Origin: Candidatus Bathyarchaeota archaeon
GTDB lineage: Archaea > Thermoproteota > Bathyarchaeia > 40CM-2-53-6
Assembly (NCBI GenBank): GCA_963780265.1
Contig: CAWABQ010000010.1
Coordinates: forward strand, 32,288 to 96,287
Direction of reading: 5' to 3'
Length of the DNA: 64,000 bases
Made by a program: the position numbers and the translations under genes. The stretch's first letter is position 1. The number at the start of each line of letters is the position of its first letter. Shown in pieces: positions 7,734 to 17,279 of the stretch. The notes beneath the pieces were generated by a model, which saw only the letters and a program-made list of their open reading frames with translations, searched no databases and had not been told where the DNA came from.

Positions 7734-8660
7734 GTGTGCTCGAAATATCTTCCATATGTCTCCATCACCGAGTGCGGCGCGACGTGTTTGAAATCAGACC
7801 TGCATCTCCCGCTATTTGTCGCAGTGATACTGATATGTTTTGCAGCTAACAGCGTGATTACTCGGTATTTGGTTCTTGTAAGCCGAGTCTCACCTTTCCT
7901 AGTCACCGTGATTCGATTTCTTAGCGGGCTTATGATGATACTGATAGTAAGCCGGATCTGGCCGACAACTCTTCGTCACGCCAAACCAAACGCATCTTAC
8001 TTGCTTGGGGCATTGTTTCTTGGAGCGTACGCGTTTTCGATATCGTACGGGTACTTGTTCATTCCTGTTGCCGCTGGAACACTCGTCTTCTACACATTTG
8101 TAGTGATCACGATGGTATCCTACTCCATAATCAAGGACAAGGAGAGATTGACCCTTCGTTTAGGGTTAGGGCAGTTGTTCGGTTTGCTAGGAGTGCTGGT
8201 CATTACGTTCGGCAGAATAAGCTCAGTTACACTACTTGGTGTTCTCCTAATGGTCGCTACCGGAATATCATGGGGTCTGTATTCCGCATACGGGAAGAGG
8301 TTCGAGATTGCGTTCAGCTATACTTACAACAGCTTTCTGATTCTAGGAGGAATTGCTGCTGTTACTTCATTAGTGCTCGCGTTTTGGGGTCAACTCACCT
8401 TCACAAATATTTCTCTTCAGGATCTCGGATTAGCTCTCTACATGGGCATGGTGAGTACGGCTCTCAGCTATTTGCTTTGGAATCAAACAATGAAGAAAAT
8501 TCCCGCATCTCTGGGAGGACTAGTCCAACTTGCTGTCCCTATTCTCGCCCCAGCCATGGGAATAATTTTCCTGGGTGAGCAACTCACCACCTCGCTCGTG
8601 ATTGGTGGCGGGCTGGTTTTGGTTGGCATCTATCTAGTCGGACGCAGACCCGCGTCATAA
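7734..8660 (+). CDS. EamA/DMT-superfamily transporter (10 TM)
   Basis: Two EamA-like halves of hydrophobic helices. C-terminal LSYLLWNQTMKKIPASLGGLVQLAVPILAPAMGIIFLGEQLT is a typical EamA helix. Confidence 0.6.
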   Translation: MCSKYLPYVSITECGATCLKSDLHLPLFVAVILICFAANSVITRYLVLVSRVSPFLVTVIRFLSGLMMILIVSRIWPTTLRHAKPNASYLLGALFLGAYAFSISYGYLFIPVAAGTLVFYTFVVITMVSYSIIKDKERLTLRLGLGQLFGLLGVLVITFGRISSVTLLGVLLMVATGISWGLYSAYGKRFEIAFSYTYNSFLILGGIAAVTSLVLAFWGQLTFTNISLQDLGLALYMGMVSTALSYLLWNQTMKKIPASLGGLVQLAVPILAPAMGIIFLGEQLTTSLVIGGGLVLVGIYLVGRRPAS

Positions 8661-8828
8661 GTGGCCGCGTGGAGCAACAGAATTTGAACAGCCGCTCAAA
8701 TTCCTCTACCGGCGCCACATCCGGCTGGAATATGAAGGCAGAAATTGGACGAGTGCAACATATGCACAAGAAGTCGATTGCCCAGTCCCATGAGAGATAC
8801 TTCTCGAAGTACGGCACGGCACCGAGAT

Positions 8829-10274
8829 ATGCCTCCAGACCTTTTCAGAAAATACAGCCATCAGACGGCCGATTGGATTGCTGATTATCTGGAGAACATG
8901 GATAACTATCCGGTATTGGCACGCACAAAGCCTGGCGACATTAAATCAAGCATACCAAAATCCCCACCTGAGAAGCCGGAGCCCTTCGAGAATGTATTGA
9001 GCGATTTTAGAAAGGTCATTTTGCCGGGAATCACTCATTGGAACCATCCTCGATTCTTCGCCTATTTCTCCATCACAGGCTCCTATCCTGGAATTATCGG
9101 AGAAATGTTGACGAGTGCGTTGAATGTGAATGCCATGCTATGGAAGACTTCTCCATCAGCCACCGAACTTGAGGGGGTGGTGTTGGATTGGTTACGGCAG
9201 ATGGTTGGTCTTCCTCAGCAGTTTGAGGGTGTGATAAATGATACAGCTTCGGTCGGCAGCTTGTGCGCGATGGCCGCAGCACGAGAGGCCGTCAACCTGC
9301 AGGTTCGCGAGAAAGGTTTGGCGGGCAGGAGTGAGCTTCCTCAACTGCGGGTATACAGCTCAGAGGAAGCGCATTCATCCATCGAGAAAGCGGCTATTGT
9401 ACTAGGCCTCGGCCAAGAGGGTATCCGAAAGATTCCGACCGACGAAGCCTTCCGAATGGACGTTCATGCATTGGAAGAGGCTGTCAACTCAGACCTCGAT
9501 GCGGGCATAAAGCCAGTTTGTGTCATTGCAACAATCGGAACCACTTCAACCACAAGCGTCGACCCAGTCAAAGAAATTGCTGAGCTCTGCAAGAAACACC
9601 AGATCTGGCTTCACGTTGACGCCGCTTATGCAGGTGCCGCAGCAATCTTACCCGAGATGCGCACGCAATTTGCTGGCTGGGAAAATGCTGATTCAATAAT
9701 CATTAACCCTCACAAGTGGCTCTTCACGCCGATCGATTGCAGTATCCTCTATTGCAGGCGCCCCGAACTCCTCAAGCAAGCTTTCAGCTTGACTCCGGAG
9801 TACCTCCGCACCCCGGAAACGGGGGAAGCGAAGAATCTGATGGATTATGGAATAAGCTTAGGCCGCCGCTTCCGAGCGCTCAAACTGTGGATGGTCATCC
9901 GCTCCCTTGGATGCGAGGGAATCGCCGCCGCCATAAGAGAACACATTGCCTATGCCCGTCGACTAGCGGACATGATCCACGGCCATCCAGACTTTCAGCT
10001 CTTGGCGCCTGCTCCATTCAGCACTCTGGTTTTTCGATTCTGCCCCAGCAACCTGCCGAGCAATAGGACTCAGTCAGACCAGGAAATTAACGACCTCAAC
10101 GAAGAGCTGTTGGAAGCAGTCAACAAAACAGGACAAGTATTTCTCTCGCACACAAAGCTCAGGGGAAAATTCGGAATTCGATTGGCGGTCGGCAATCTAA
10201 AGACTTCATGGGAAGATTTGTCGCTGGCTTGGGATGTGATTCAGCAGAAGGCTGCAGAACTCCTGCAGCCATAA
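8829..10274 (+). CDS. pyridoxal-phosphate-dependent decarboxylase, group II (aromatic-L-amino-acid / DDC-like)
   Basis: N-terminus MPPDLFRKYSHQTADWIADYLENM, substrate loop HWNHPRFFAYFS, and PLP-lysine motif NPHKWLFTPIDCS. Start at internal ATG 8829, about 481 aa. Confidence 0.7.
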   Translation: MPPDLFRKYSHQTADWIADYLENMDNYPVLARTKPGDIKSSIPKSPPEKPEPFENVLSDFRKVILPGITHWNHPRFFAYFSITGSYPGIIGEMLTSALNVNAMLWKTSPSATELEGVVLDWLRQMVGLPQQFEGVINDTASVGSLCAMAAAREAVNLQVREKGLAGRSELPQLRVYSSEEAHSSIEKAAIVLGLGQEGIRKIPTDEAFRMDVHALEEAVNSDLDAGIKPVCVIATIGTTSTTSVDPVKEIAELCKKHQIWLHVDAAYAGAAAILPEMRTQFAGWENADSIIINPHKWLFTPIDCSILYCRRPELLKQAFSLTPEYLRTPETGEAKNLMDYGISLGRRFRALKLWMVIRSLGCEGIAAAIREHIAYARRLADMIHGHPDFQLLAPAPFSTLVFRFCPSNLPSNRTQSDQEINDLNEELLEAVNKTGQVFLSHTKLRGKFGIRLAVGNLKTSWEDLSLAWDVIQQKAAELLQP

Positions 10275-10562
10275 CCTGTCCAAGACGATCAGTTCTTTGC
10301 GATGGGCACTCGGGATTCGACGCTCGCCGTAAACCGTCCTTGCTACTATGAAATTTAAGAACATGGACCTCAAGACTAGAGCCAAATTTCACACCGCTTA
10401 ACCTTCAGTTGAATGTTCTCTCCCCACGCCAAACTCTCATTCAGTGCTCTCTTGCCCACCAGAGAGCGGCAGGGTCAGTTTTCGTCGTATTATCTTCTAG
10501 TTGTTGAGGTGAAAAAGAAAAGGGGGAAAGAAGGATGTGCCTTCTCTCTCAGTTGATTCTGT

Positions 10563-12494
10563 TTATGGACAGGCGTTGGAACCTGTGGTGACGACACCAG
10601 TAGTGGTAGCGCCGGAGTCTGTTGAACTTTGACAATTGGCACCGGTGAAGTTGGCGTTTGTGAGGTTGGCGTTGTTCATGTTCGCTCCCTGTAAGTTGGC
10701 TCCCTGTAGGTTGGCTCCTGAGAGGTTAGCACCTGACAAATTGACGTGTTGGAGGTTGGAACCTTGTAGGTTGGCTCCTGAGAGGTTAGCGCTTTGCAAG
10801 TTGGCTCCCTGGAGGTTCGAACCCTGTATCTTTGCTCCTTGCAAATTGGCATTCTGTAAGTTGGCATTTTGGAGGTTTGATCCCTGCACATTAGCGCCTT
10901 GGAGGTTGAGTCCTTGGAGGTTGGCTTTCTGTAGGTTCTTTCCTGCTAAGTTGAGGTTCGGGAATAGGACGCCTGGTATGAAACTGGCTACGTCGGGTGT
11001 TCCCCAACCGGTGGTTAGGTCGTATCCTGTGCCTGCGGTGAATCCATCATATGATGCGATTCCGGCCGTGGCGCTGTTGTTGCCTTGCACTATGTCGTGG
11101 AATGCTCTACTGTAGAGTGAGCTTTGGGCTAGGTTGTAGATTGCTGGGGTGATGAAGCCGACGGGGCCGCCGTTCACTTGGTTCATGAGGGCGATTTCTG
11201 CAGCCAACGCTGGTGAGCTAGCGCTTGTTCCACCGAAGACTGCCCACGCGCCAAGGAATCCAAGATAGGCAAGTACGCCGCCTGAGACGGCGGAGTTGAA
11301 TGAAATGTCTGGAACCAATCTCGCGTTTGCTGCGGAGGCAGTACTGCCTAGTAGAGTGGGGAATGAGTTGGGTAGAGTTGCCTGATAGGTTGGCCTGCTG
11401 TAGAGTGTGCTGATTCCACCACCGGTGGAAGTTGGAGCGCCTTCCCAGTTCCACTCGTTCCAAGCTCCTTCGCCGCCATAAGCGGTTGGGAAGCAACTTG
11501 AGGGTTCACCTGGCCTGGTCGCTGTTCCGCATCCGTTTGCGCCGCCGTTGATTATTACTAGACCTGTGTTGCATGTTGCTCCTGCTGCGCAGCTGAATGT
11601 GTTGCCACTTCCAGGTGGAAATCCATATTGTCCTCCGAATGGGTAGCCCTGTGTACCGCCAGCTGATATGACGAGAGGGCTCGTTGATGGCCATGATGGA
11701 ATTAGGGTCGTTGATGGGAAGTCTGTTTCCGCGCCGAAGTCAGCGGACGAGGCTAGAAGGGTCCATTTGTTGTTCGTTGCTGTCTGATACATTGCGTCTG
11801 CCTGTGCTTGGAATCCTGCCGGATCGCCAAGGAGCGCGTCTTCTCCTTGTCCGAAGCTCTGTGACATTATGCTGCCTTTGAGGGTTTTTTGCGATACTAC
11901 GGCTTGTTGTGCTGCGAGGATGCTGGTGTCGAAGCAGTCAGCAGCGACCACTAGGACTATTTTGGCTCCAGGTGCAAGTGCATGGGACTGTGTGATGTCG
12001 AGGGTGGTTTCTTCTGCCCAACCTACTGCACCGCATAGTGCAGCGTTCGGGGCTGTGCTAAGGTCCGATATTGTTTTCACGGGACAGACATCAGTTGGAG
12101 CTCCCGTCCATGTTGGAGGGCAGAGTACCGTCACCGTCGTAGCTGGGAGGCTGAAGGTTGTGTCATATGTGTTCAGGTCGGACTGGGCAGTTGGGCTGCC
12201 AAACGCGTCTACTATGACGATCGTTGAGCCGGTTCCATTAAGTCCATCCGGAAAGTCGTAGGCCGTCTTGAGGAAGTTAGGAGGGTAGCACATGATGTTC
12301 CCGCGGGAACCGCTGAAACAGAACGGAACTCCACCCACGGGTGCGGTTGGATTGAACGATGGACCAAGTAGAGCCATCGGTGGGCTGACAGTAAAGATTC
12401 CGGCACGATTGTTTGGAGTTGAGTATGCTAGAGTTGAGCTGGTCACTAAGAGAAGTAGTGTTGCTGTTGTTGCTATCGTTAGAAATTTTCTCAT
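10563..12494 (-). CDS. secreted sedolisin-like (S53/S8 clan) serine peptidase fused to a C-terminal pentapeptide-repeat domain
   Basis: Signal peptide MRKFLTIATTATLLLLVTSSTLA. GGTSASSPALAAE (Ser nucleophile motif) and GYDLTTGWGTPDV (sedolisin C-terminal motif). About 25 ANLxG-type repeats at residues about 505-620. Confidence 0.6.
   Translation of the reverse strand: MRKFLTIATTATLLLLVTSSTLAYSTPNNRAGIFTVSPPMALLGPSFNPTAPVGGVPFCFSGSRGNIMCYPPNFLKTAYDFPDGLNGTGSTIVIVDAFGSPTAQSDLNTYDTTFSLPATTVTVLCPPTWTGAPTDVCPVKTISDLSTAPNAALCGAVGWAEETTLDITQSHALAPGAKIVLVVAADCFDTSILAAQQAVVSQKTLKGSIMSQSFGQGEDALLGDPAGFQAQADAMYQTATNNKWTLLASSADFGAETDFPSTTLIPSWPSTSPLVISAGGTQGYPFGGQYGFPPGSGNTFSCAAGATCNTGLVIINGGANGCGTATRPGEPSSCFPTAYGGEGAWNEWNWEGAPTSTGGGISTLYSRPTYQATLPNSFPTLLGSTASAANARLVPDISFNSAVSGGVLAYLGFLGAWAVFGGTSASSPALAAEIALMNQVNGGPVGFITPAIYNLAQSSLYSRAFHDIVQGNNSATAGIASYDGFTAGTGYDLTTGWGTPDVASFIPGVLFPNLNLAGKNLQKANLQGLNLQGANVQGSNLQNANLQNANLQGAKIQGSNLQGANLQSANLSGANLQGSNLQHVNLSGANLSGANLQGANLQGANMNNANLTNANFTGANCQSSTDSGATTTGVVTTGSNACP
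10637..10982. repeat. 15-nt-periodic coding repeats (pentapeptide repeat array) inside the peptidase gene
   Basis: Reiterated GGCTCC/TTGCAAGTTGG-type units on the + strand. The antisense ORF 10636..11115 is an artefact of this array. Confidence 0.6.
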
Positions 12495-12906
12495 GCAGTC
12501 AAGTAAGTCAATGACGGTATATTAATGTTCCGTGGATGGAACAGCACGGTTCCATATGAAAAATGACGAATAATGAAGAAATTACTCATTCTCGCTCCAT
12601 GAAAATTCATGCTAGTTTATGTGCTCGTCGAAAACTGAGATGACGTGGAACTAAGGAGCATTATGGGTTTGCAGTTACCCGGCATCCCAAAGAATTCAGA
12701 GCGCACACCTCAGGCGGATCTCGTTATTGCTTTAGCGGTTGGAAGCGATAAGGGCAACTATTGTTTTGGCCCTCGTTTTGCTGTTCAGCAAGTATGAAAG
12801 AAAAAAGGTCATCAGAAATGGCCATTCGTAGTTGTACGAGGGCCTAATCCGGCAAGGTTTAATACAATTCCCTCTTTCGCTACTTCTCATTCGGTGTAAG
12901 CAGCAG

Positions 12907-13421
12907 ATGTCTAGAGAGTTCAGGCAACTCCTGCGTGTCGCAGGCACTAGCGTTGACGGGACAAAGAAGTTGACTTACGGTATCCTGCGTATCAAGGGCG
13001 TAGGGCCAAGCTATGCGGTTGCAATAGTTAGGGCTGCGGAACTTCGGCCCGAGTCGAGATTGGGCGATCTTTCTGAGGGTGAAGTTCAGAAACTGGAGGA
13101 TGTAATGCGCAACCCGCGAAGTATGGGCTACCGTCCCGCCTCTACAATCGAAGAAAGGGGATTGAAAATGGCCGCGACGCACATTTGATCGGCGCGGATC
13201 TGGCGTTGAGCATTAAGAATGATGTTGATTTCATGACGGACATTCGATCCTGGAAGGGAGTTCGACACTCCTTAGGCTTGAAGGTTCGCGGACAACGAAC
13301 CCGCACCACAGGCCGTAAAGGCAGGGCGGTCGGTGTGGCAAAGAAGGTTGTTATGGAGGCTGCGAGGGCAGCCATGGCCGCGGAGAAGAAAGGCGAGGAA
13401 CCTAAGGAAGAGAAAAAGTAA
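12907..13421 (+). CDS. rps13: 30S ribosomal protein S13 (uS13), frameshifted in this assembly
   Basis: MSREFRQLLRVAGTSVDGTKKLTYGILRIKGVGPSYAVAIV... then a -1 shift near 13110 (C-run). Frame 0 continues KYGLPSRLYNRRKGIENGRDAHLIGADL...RGQRTRTTGRKGRAVGV. Confidence 0.8.
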
Positions 13422-13433
13422 GGCTGATAACAA

Positions 13434-14000
13434 ATGGGCGATCCAAAAAGACAGCGAAAGACCTACGAGACCCCTAGGCACCCTTGGCGTAGGGACCAAC
13501 TCGAGCTCGAACTTCGCTTAATGGGCGAATACGGCCTTCGCAACAAACGCGAACTCTGGCGCTACAAAACAATCCTCTCCCAGGTGAGGGGCATCGCTAG
13601 GTCACTGCTAGGTTCCACGGGTGAAACGCGCGAACGCCTAGAACGTGAGTACCTTTCGAAGTTAAGCCGAGACGGCGTCCTATCCGAATCGGCTAACATT
13701 GATGAAGTTCTGGACTTGGAGATTCGCGACCTACTGGACCGCAGGTTACAGACCATGGTCTTCAAAAGGGGACTTGCAAAAACGCCCTTTCAAGCGCGGC
13801 AACTGGTCTCGCATGGGCACATCTCGGTTGCGGGAAAAGTTGTGTCAGTGCCCGGCTACATGGTGAAACGCGACGAGGAAGAGAAACTGAAGTTTTTCTC
13901 CCATAGCCCACTATCGAAGGCCGACCATCCTGTGAGAAAGGTCATCGCAGCGACCGCCGCGAGCCAAGCTGTGAGCGAACTGTCCCCGAAGGCTTCCTAG
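13434..14000 (+). CDS. rps4: 30S ribosomal protein S4 (uS4)
   Basis: [42 protein letters not shown], with S4 domain. Confidence 0.85.
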   Translation: MGDPKRQRKTYETPRHPWRRDQLELELRLMGEYGLRNKRELWRYKTILSQVRGIARSLLGSTGETRERLEREYLSKLSRDGVLSESANIDEVLDLEIRDLLDRRLQTMVFKRGLAKTPFQARQLVSHGHISVAGKVVSVPGYMVKRDEEEKLKFFSHSPLSKADHPVRKVIAATAASQAVSELSPKAS

Positions 14001-14014
14001 CCGCAACTTCTACG

Positions 14015-14683
14015 CTAGGGACGTCTCCTCAGGAGTAAGAGGAAGACGAGCCCGGCGATTGTTAGGACTGTGGCCAATACGATGAGGGCGACGGAATAGG
14101 GTCCGCTTCCGAGGATTATTGGAATCGGCCCGATCAAAATGATCGTTCCCCCGCTCCCCCCACCCAAGTTCGATGCAGAACCGAAAGCTATCAACAACAT
14201 GCCGACGAAGATTACAGCGGAAGCTATGAAAAACAACCACGTCGCCGATGAAAATCTTGGCCAAGTCGAATACATTTGAGGCGCGGCAAGCCTCGGCTTG
14301 GTTCGGCATTCAGAACACGACCAACTGACTGGGTCGATGCAGTTGCTGCAGACCCCGTTCCCGCAACCCTGGCATACGTGAGTCGCAGGCTGCATTCCAC
14401 AAATTGCGCACAGAGGGACCGCCATGTGGTTCACCCGATTAGGCGAAGGGATGCAATGAGAACGGCGGCTATGAGAATTATGGCTAGTATCACGAGAATC
14501 TTGACTGATTGGCGATCTGTTCCGAATATTATTGGAATGGGGCCTATGAGCAGAATACCCCCTCCGAGTTTTCGTCCCGGCGTTCGCCGACCTAGTCGCA
14601 ATCACGATTACTGCGACAAATGCAAGGACAAATCCAATGATCACGAGTGCGAACCCAACCGTGGCAATGGAGACCTCGCTCAA
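14015..14683 (-). CDS. membrane protein with cytoplasmic/extracellular zinc-ribbon (4 CxxC pairs)
   Basis: CAICG...CQGCGNGVCSNC...CSEC flanked by several TM helices. Antisense to the ribosomal cluster, at the position usually occupied by rps11. Confidence 0.4.
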   Translation of the reverse strand: MSEVSIATVGFALVIIGFVLAFVAVIVIATRSANAGTKTRRGYSAHRPHSNNIRNRSPISQDSRDTSHNSHSRRSHCIPSPNRVNHMAVPLCAICGMQPATHVCQGCGNGVCSNCIDPVSWSCSECRTKPRLAAPQMYSTWPRFSSATWLFFIASAVIFVGMLLIAFGSASNLGGGSGGTIILIGPIPIILGSGPYSVALIVLATVLTIAGLVFLLLLRRRP

Positions 14684-14923
14684 CGTTTTACAGGCCTAAC
14701 ACGATTCGAGATCACTCGCGAACTTTAACTCTTCGAGAATATTCGCGATTTGCAACGTTCGAAAAGTCGTAATAGTTTATAAGCCCCGCAGAGGCTACCA
14801 CCGAAAGCTCCTTACAAAGAAGTGAAAAATAACGTGCACCTTGGACCCGAACGACAAGATTCAGGTCGTAACAGCCAAATTGGCCCACGAGACGCGCCGT
14901 TCTCCCTGAGGGGTCCGTAGGTC

Positions 14924-15750
14924 TTGGACGTAACGATTCTGGAAGAGAAAGATAACACACTCCGGTTCCTGTTGAAAGGAACGGGGCATGCTTACGCCAA
15001 CGCTCTCCGCCGCGCCATGATGGCGGAGGTTCCAGTGATGGCTATTGAAGACGTTATCATAATCGAGAACACCTCCGTCCTGTATGATGAAGTGATAGCC
15101 CACAGGCTTGGGCTAGTGCCAATTAAAACCGACTTGGATGCTTACGTTTTGCCCGAGGAATGCGACTGCAAGAGTGAACTGGGGTGCAGCAAATGCAGGG
15201 CCTCTTTCACACTTGAAGCAGAAGCAGTGGACGAACCAGTTATGGTATATTCTTCTGCCTTGAAAGCAGAAAGCGATGCAGCACCTGTGAGTGGCAGCAT
15301 ACCGATCGTTAAGCTCGGCCCCATGCAGAAGTTGAAGCTTGAGGTTTATGCTAGGTTAGGGCGGGGGTTGGAGCACGCCAAATGGCAGCCAGTTTCCGCG
15401 TGCGCCTACAAGTACCTACCAAAGGTAACTCTAACCGCCGACAACTTAGCTAATCCCGACGAGGTCATCCAGGTTTGCCCGACCGATGTCTACGCCCGTG
15501 ACCCCGAAAGCAAAATCGCCGTACGCGACGAGCTTGCTTGCACGCTGTGCATGGACTGTGTGGAGAAGGCTGTCCCGGTGGATTCCAAGAAAACTTTTCC
15601 CGTTAAGATCGAGGGCGACGAGATCTCATTCCTGTTCTACGTAGAGTCGACTGGGGCGATACCGCCGAGAAGGCTCCGGAGGAGGCGGCAAAGGTTCTCG
15701 AGAAGAAGGCAACAGCGCTTACCGACTTGGCTAAGAAGGGCTTCGAATAG
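14924..15750 (+). CDS. rpoD: DNA-directed RNA polymerase subunit D (Rpo3), frameshifted near C-terminus in this assembly
   Basis: TTG start. RFLLKGTGHAYANALRRAMMAEVPVMAIEDV and an Fe-S-type Cys cluster. After VESTGA the correct C-terminus DTAEKAPEEAAKVLEKKATALTDLAKKGFE is in the -1 frame (G4 run at about 15660). Confidence 0.8.
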
Positions 15751-15762
15751 GAGAATTGCTCT

Positions 15763-16122
15763 ATGCGCCGTGTAATCACAAACCCCGAACTGCTCGATAC
15801 GATCAGGTTTCTTAAGGTACAGGCAAGAGAAAACAAAGCCAAGATCTGGGCGGTGACAGCGGAGTGCCTCTCCGGCCCTAGAACAAACAGGGCGGTTCTA
15901 GATCTGAACCATATATCACGGGCATCGAAACGTGACGCGTTCGTACTTGTGCCAGGCAAAGTCCTAGCAGCCGGCTACATTAAGCACCCCGTCACCGTGG
16001 GAGCCTTCCAGTTCTCCCAAGCCGCAAAGATGAAGATTGAGCGAGCCGGCGGCAAATGTATTGCAATCAAAGACTTCGTCAGCAAAAACCCAAAGGGATC
16101 AAACGTTCTAATTTTGAGATGA
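15763..16122 (+). CDS. rpl18e: 50S ribosomal protein L18e
   Basis: MRRVITNPELLDTIRFLKVQARENKAKIWAVTAECLSGPRTNRAVLDLNHISR is the typical L18e sequence. Confidence 0.8.
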   Translation: MRRVITNPELLDTIRFLKVQARENKAKIWAVTAECLSGPRTNRAVLDLNHISRASKRDAFVLVPGKVLAAGYIKHPVTVGAFQFSQAAKMKIERAGGKCIAIKDFVSKNPKGSNVLILR

Positions 16123-16127
16123 GTGCC

Positions 16128-16558
16128 ATGTCGAAAGAACCTGTGCTACTGGACCGAAAAATCAAATCCTTGGTCGGCTGGCGAGCTACGTTGCGAAACA
16201 CGCCCTAAGCGGCAACAGCATCATAGTGCTTAACGCTGAAAAGGCCGTAATCTCCGGGAGGCGAAAGAACATTGTGGAAGAGGCAAAACGACGGCTCGAA
16301 ACAAGAACACTTGCAAATCAGACAACTGCCCCAGTTCACCAACGCCGACCGGACCTATACTTTAGGCGAGTAGTTCGAGGCATGCTTCCTTGGGAGAAGG
16401 CTAAAGGAAAAGCCGCCTTCCACAGGGTGATAGTGTTCATGGGCGTTCCGGAAGAGTACTCAAGCAAGACAGCAGTGAAGGTGCCCGGCGCAGATGCTTC
16501 AAAGCTCGCTTCACCCTACATAACCTTGGAAGACCTCGCGACGGAGATTGGAGGTTAA
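16128..16558 (+). CDS. rpl13: 50S ribosomal protein L13 (uL13), frameshifted in this assembly
   Basis: MSKEPVLLD then an A5 run. The correct continuation KNQILGRLASYVAKHALSGNSIIVLNAEKAVISGRRKNIVEE is in the +2 frame, consistent with one missing A. Confidence 0.8.
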
Positions 16559-16564
16559 GTTTGA

Positions 16565-17029
16565 ATGAGTGAGACACTCGAAAAGTTGGAAAAACCCGAG
16601 AAGGCTGAAAAACCCGAGAAAGCCGAGAAGAAGAGGCTCATACTCGTCACGGGAAAAAGGAAGACCGCTATCGCCCGCGCCGTAATCAAGACCGGTTCAG
16701 GAAATATCTTCGTAAACGGAATCCCGCTTTCAACATTCACGCCTGAGATTGCTAAGATCAAGATAACCGAACCCTTGGCGCTGTCGGGAGAGAGGGGAAA
16801 AGGAGTGGACATTAGTGTGAAGGTCAGCGGTGGAGGATTCATGGGGCAAGCTGAAGCAGCTCGTATGGCTGTGGCAAAGGGTTTGGTTCAATGGTCGCGC
16901 AGCTCCGAACTTAGAAAAACGTTGACTAATTACGACCGAACCATGCTTGCGGGGGACCCGCGGAGAAAGGAACCCAAGAAGTTCGGTGGGCCAGGAGCTA
17001 GACGCCGGGAACAAAAATCCTACAGGTAG
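16565..17029 (+). CDS. rps9: 30S ribosomal protein S9 (uS9) with short KPEKAE repeat at N-terminus
   Basis: LVTGKRKTAIARAVIKTGSGNIFVNG...GGGFMGQAEAARMAVAKGLV...REQKSYR. Confidence 0.85.
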   Translation: MSETLEKLEKPEKAEKPEKAEKKRLILVTGKRKTAIARAVIKTGSGNIFVNGIPLSTFTPEIAKIKITEPLALSGERGKGVDISVKVSGGGFMGQAEAARMAVAKGLVQWSRSSELRKTLTNYDRTMLAGDPRRKEPKKFGGPGARRREQKSYR

Positions 17030-17037
17030 GACAAAAC

Positions 17038-17262
17038 TTGATCATACCAGTACGTTGTTTCACTTGCGGAAAGCTCGTCGCCGACCGCTGGGAAGAGTTC
17101 GCACGGCGCGTCAAAACAGGGGAGAAGCCGAAGAAGGTTTTGGACGACATTGGAATGACAAGGTATTGCTGCCGCCGGATGTTCATATCCCAAGTGGATG
17201 TCTTGGACAATCTGTTGCGCTACTCACAGGTCACCGCTAAGAGACGCGCACAATTCGAATAG
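17038..17262 (+). CDS. rpoN: DNA-directed RNA polymerase subunit N (Rpo10)
   Basis: (TTG)IIPVRCFTCGKLVADRWEEFARRV...TRYCCRRM is the zinc-binding RpoN signature. Confidence 0.85.
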   Translation: MIIPVRCFTCGKLVADRWEEFARRVKTGEKPKKVLDDIGMTRYCCRRMFISQVDVLDNLLRYSQVTAKRRAQFE

Positions 17263-17279
17263 CCATAGAGAGTGCCTAC

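Noticed and set aside
8270-8578. 102-aa ORF in alternative frame of the EamA transporter gene; also 8584..8817, 8669..8884
   Set aside because: Overlap real genes (EamA, decarboxylase 5' region) in other frames or strands.
10637-10982. Regular 15-nt periodic repeats that could be mistaken for a CRISPR-like array
   Set aside because: The period is 15 nt (5 codons), there are no unique spacers, and the repeats lie inside a continuous ORF with a clear pentapeptide-repeat translation.
10636-11115. 159-aa plus-strand ORF rich in LAP/CRLAP repeats
   Set aside because: It is the reverse-complement reading of the pentapeptide-repeat array of the minus-strand peptidase gene: an antisense artefact of a periodic sequence.
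12732-13499. Minus-strand ORFs 12732..12947, 12880..13182, 13142..13375, 13272..13499
   Set aside because: Antisense to rps13/rps4 5' region; Arg-rich antisense translations.
14276-14728. 150-aa plus-strand ORF where rps11 would be expected
   Set aside because: Translation has no similarity to S11 (no KWGVAHI / GGM motifs) and overlaps the better-supported minus-strand zinc-ribbon membrane gene. Kept only as a note in findings.
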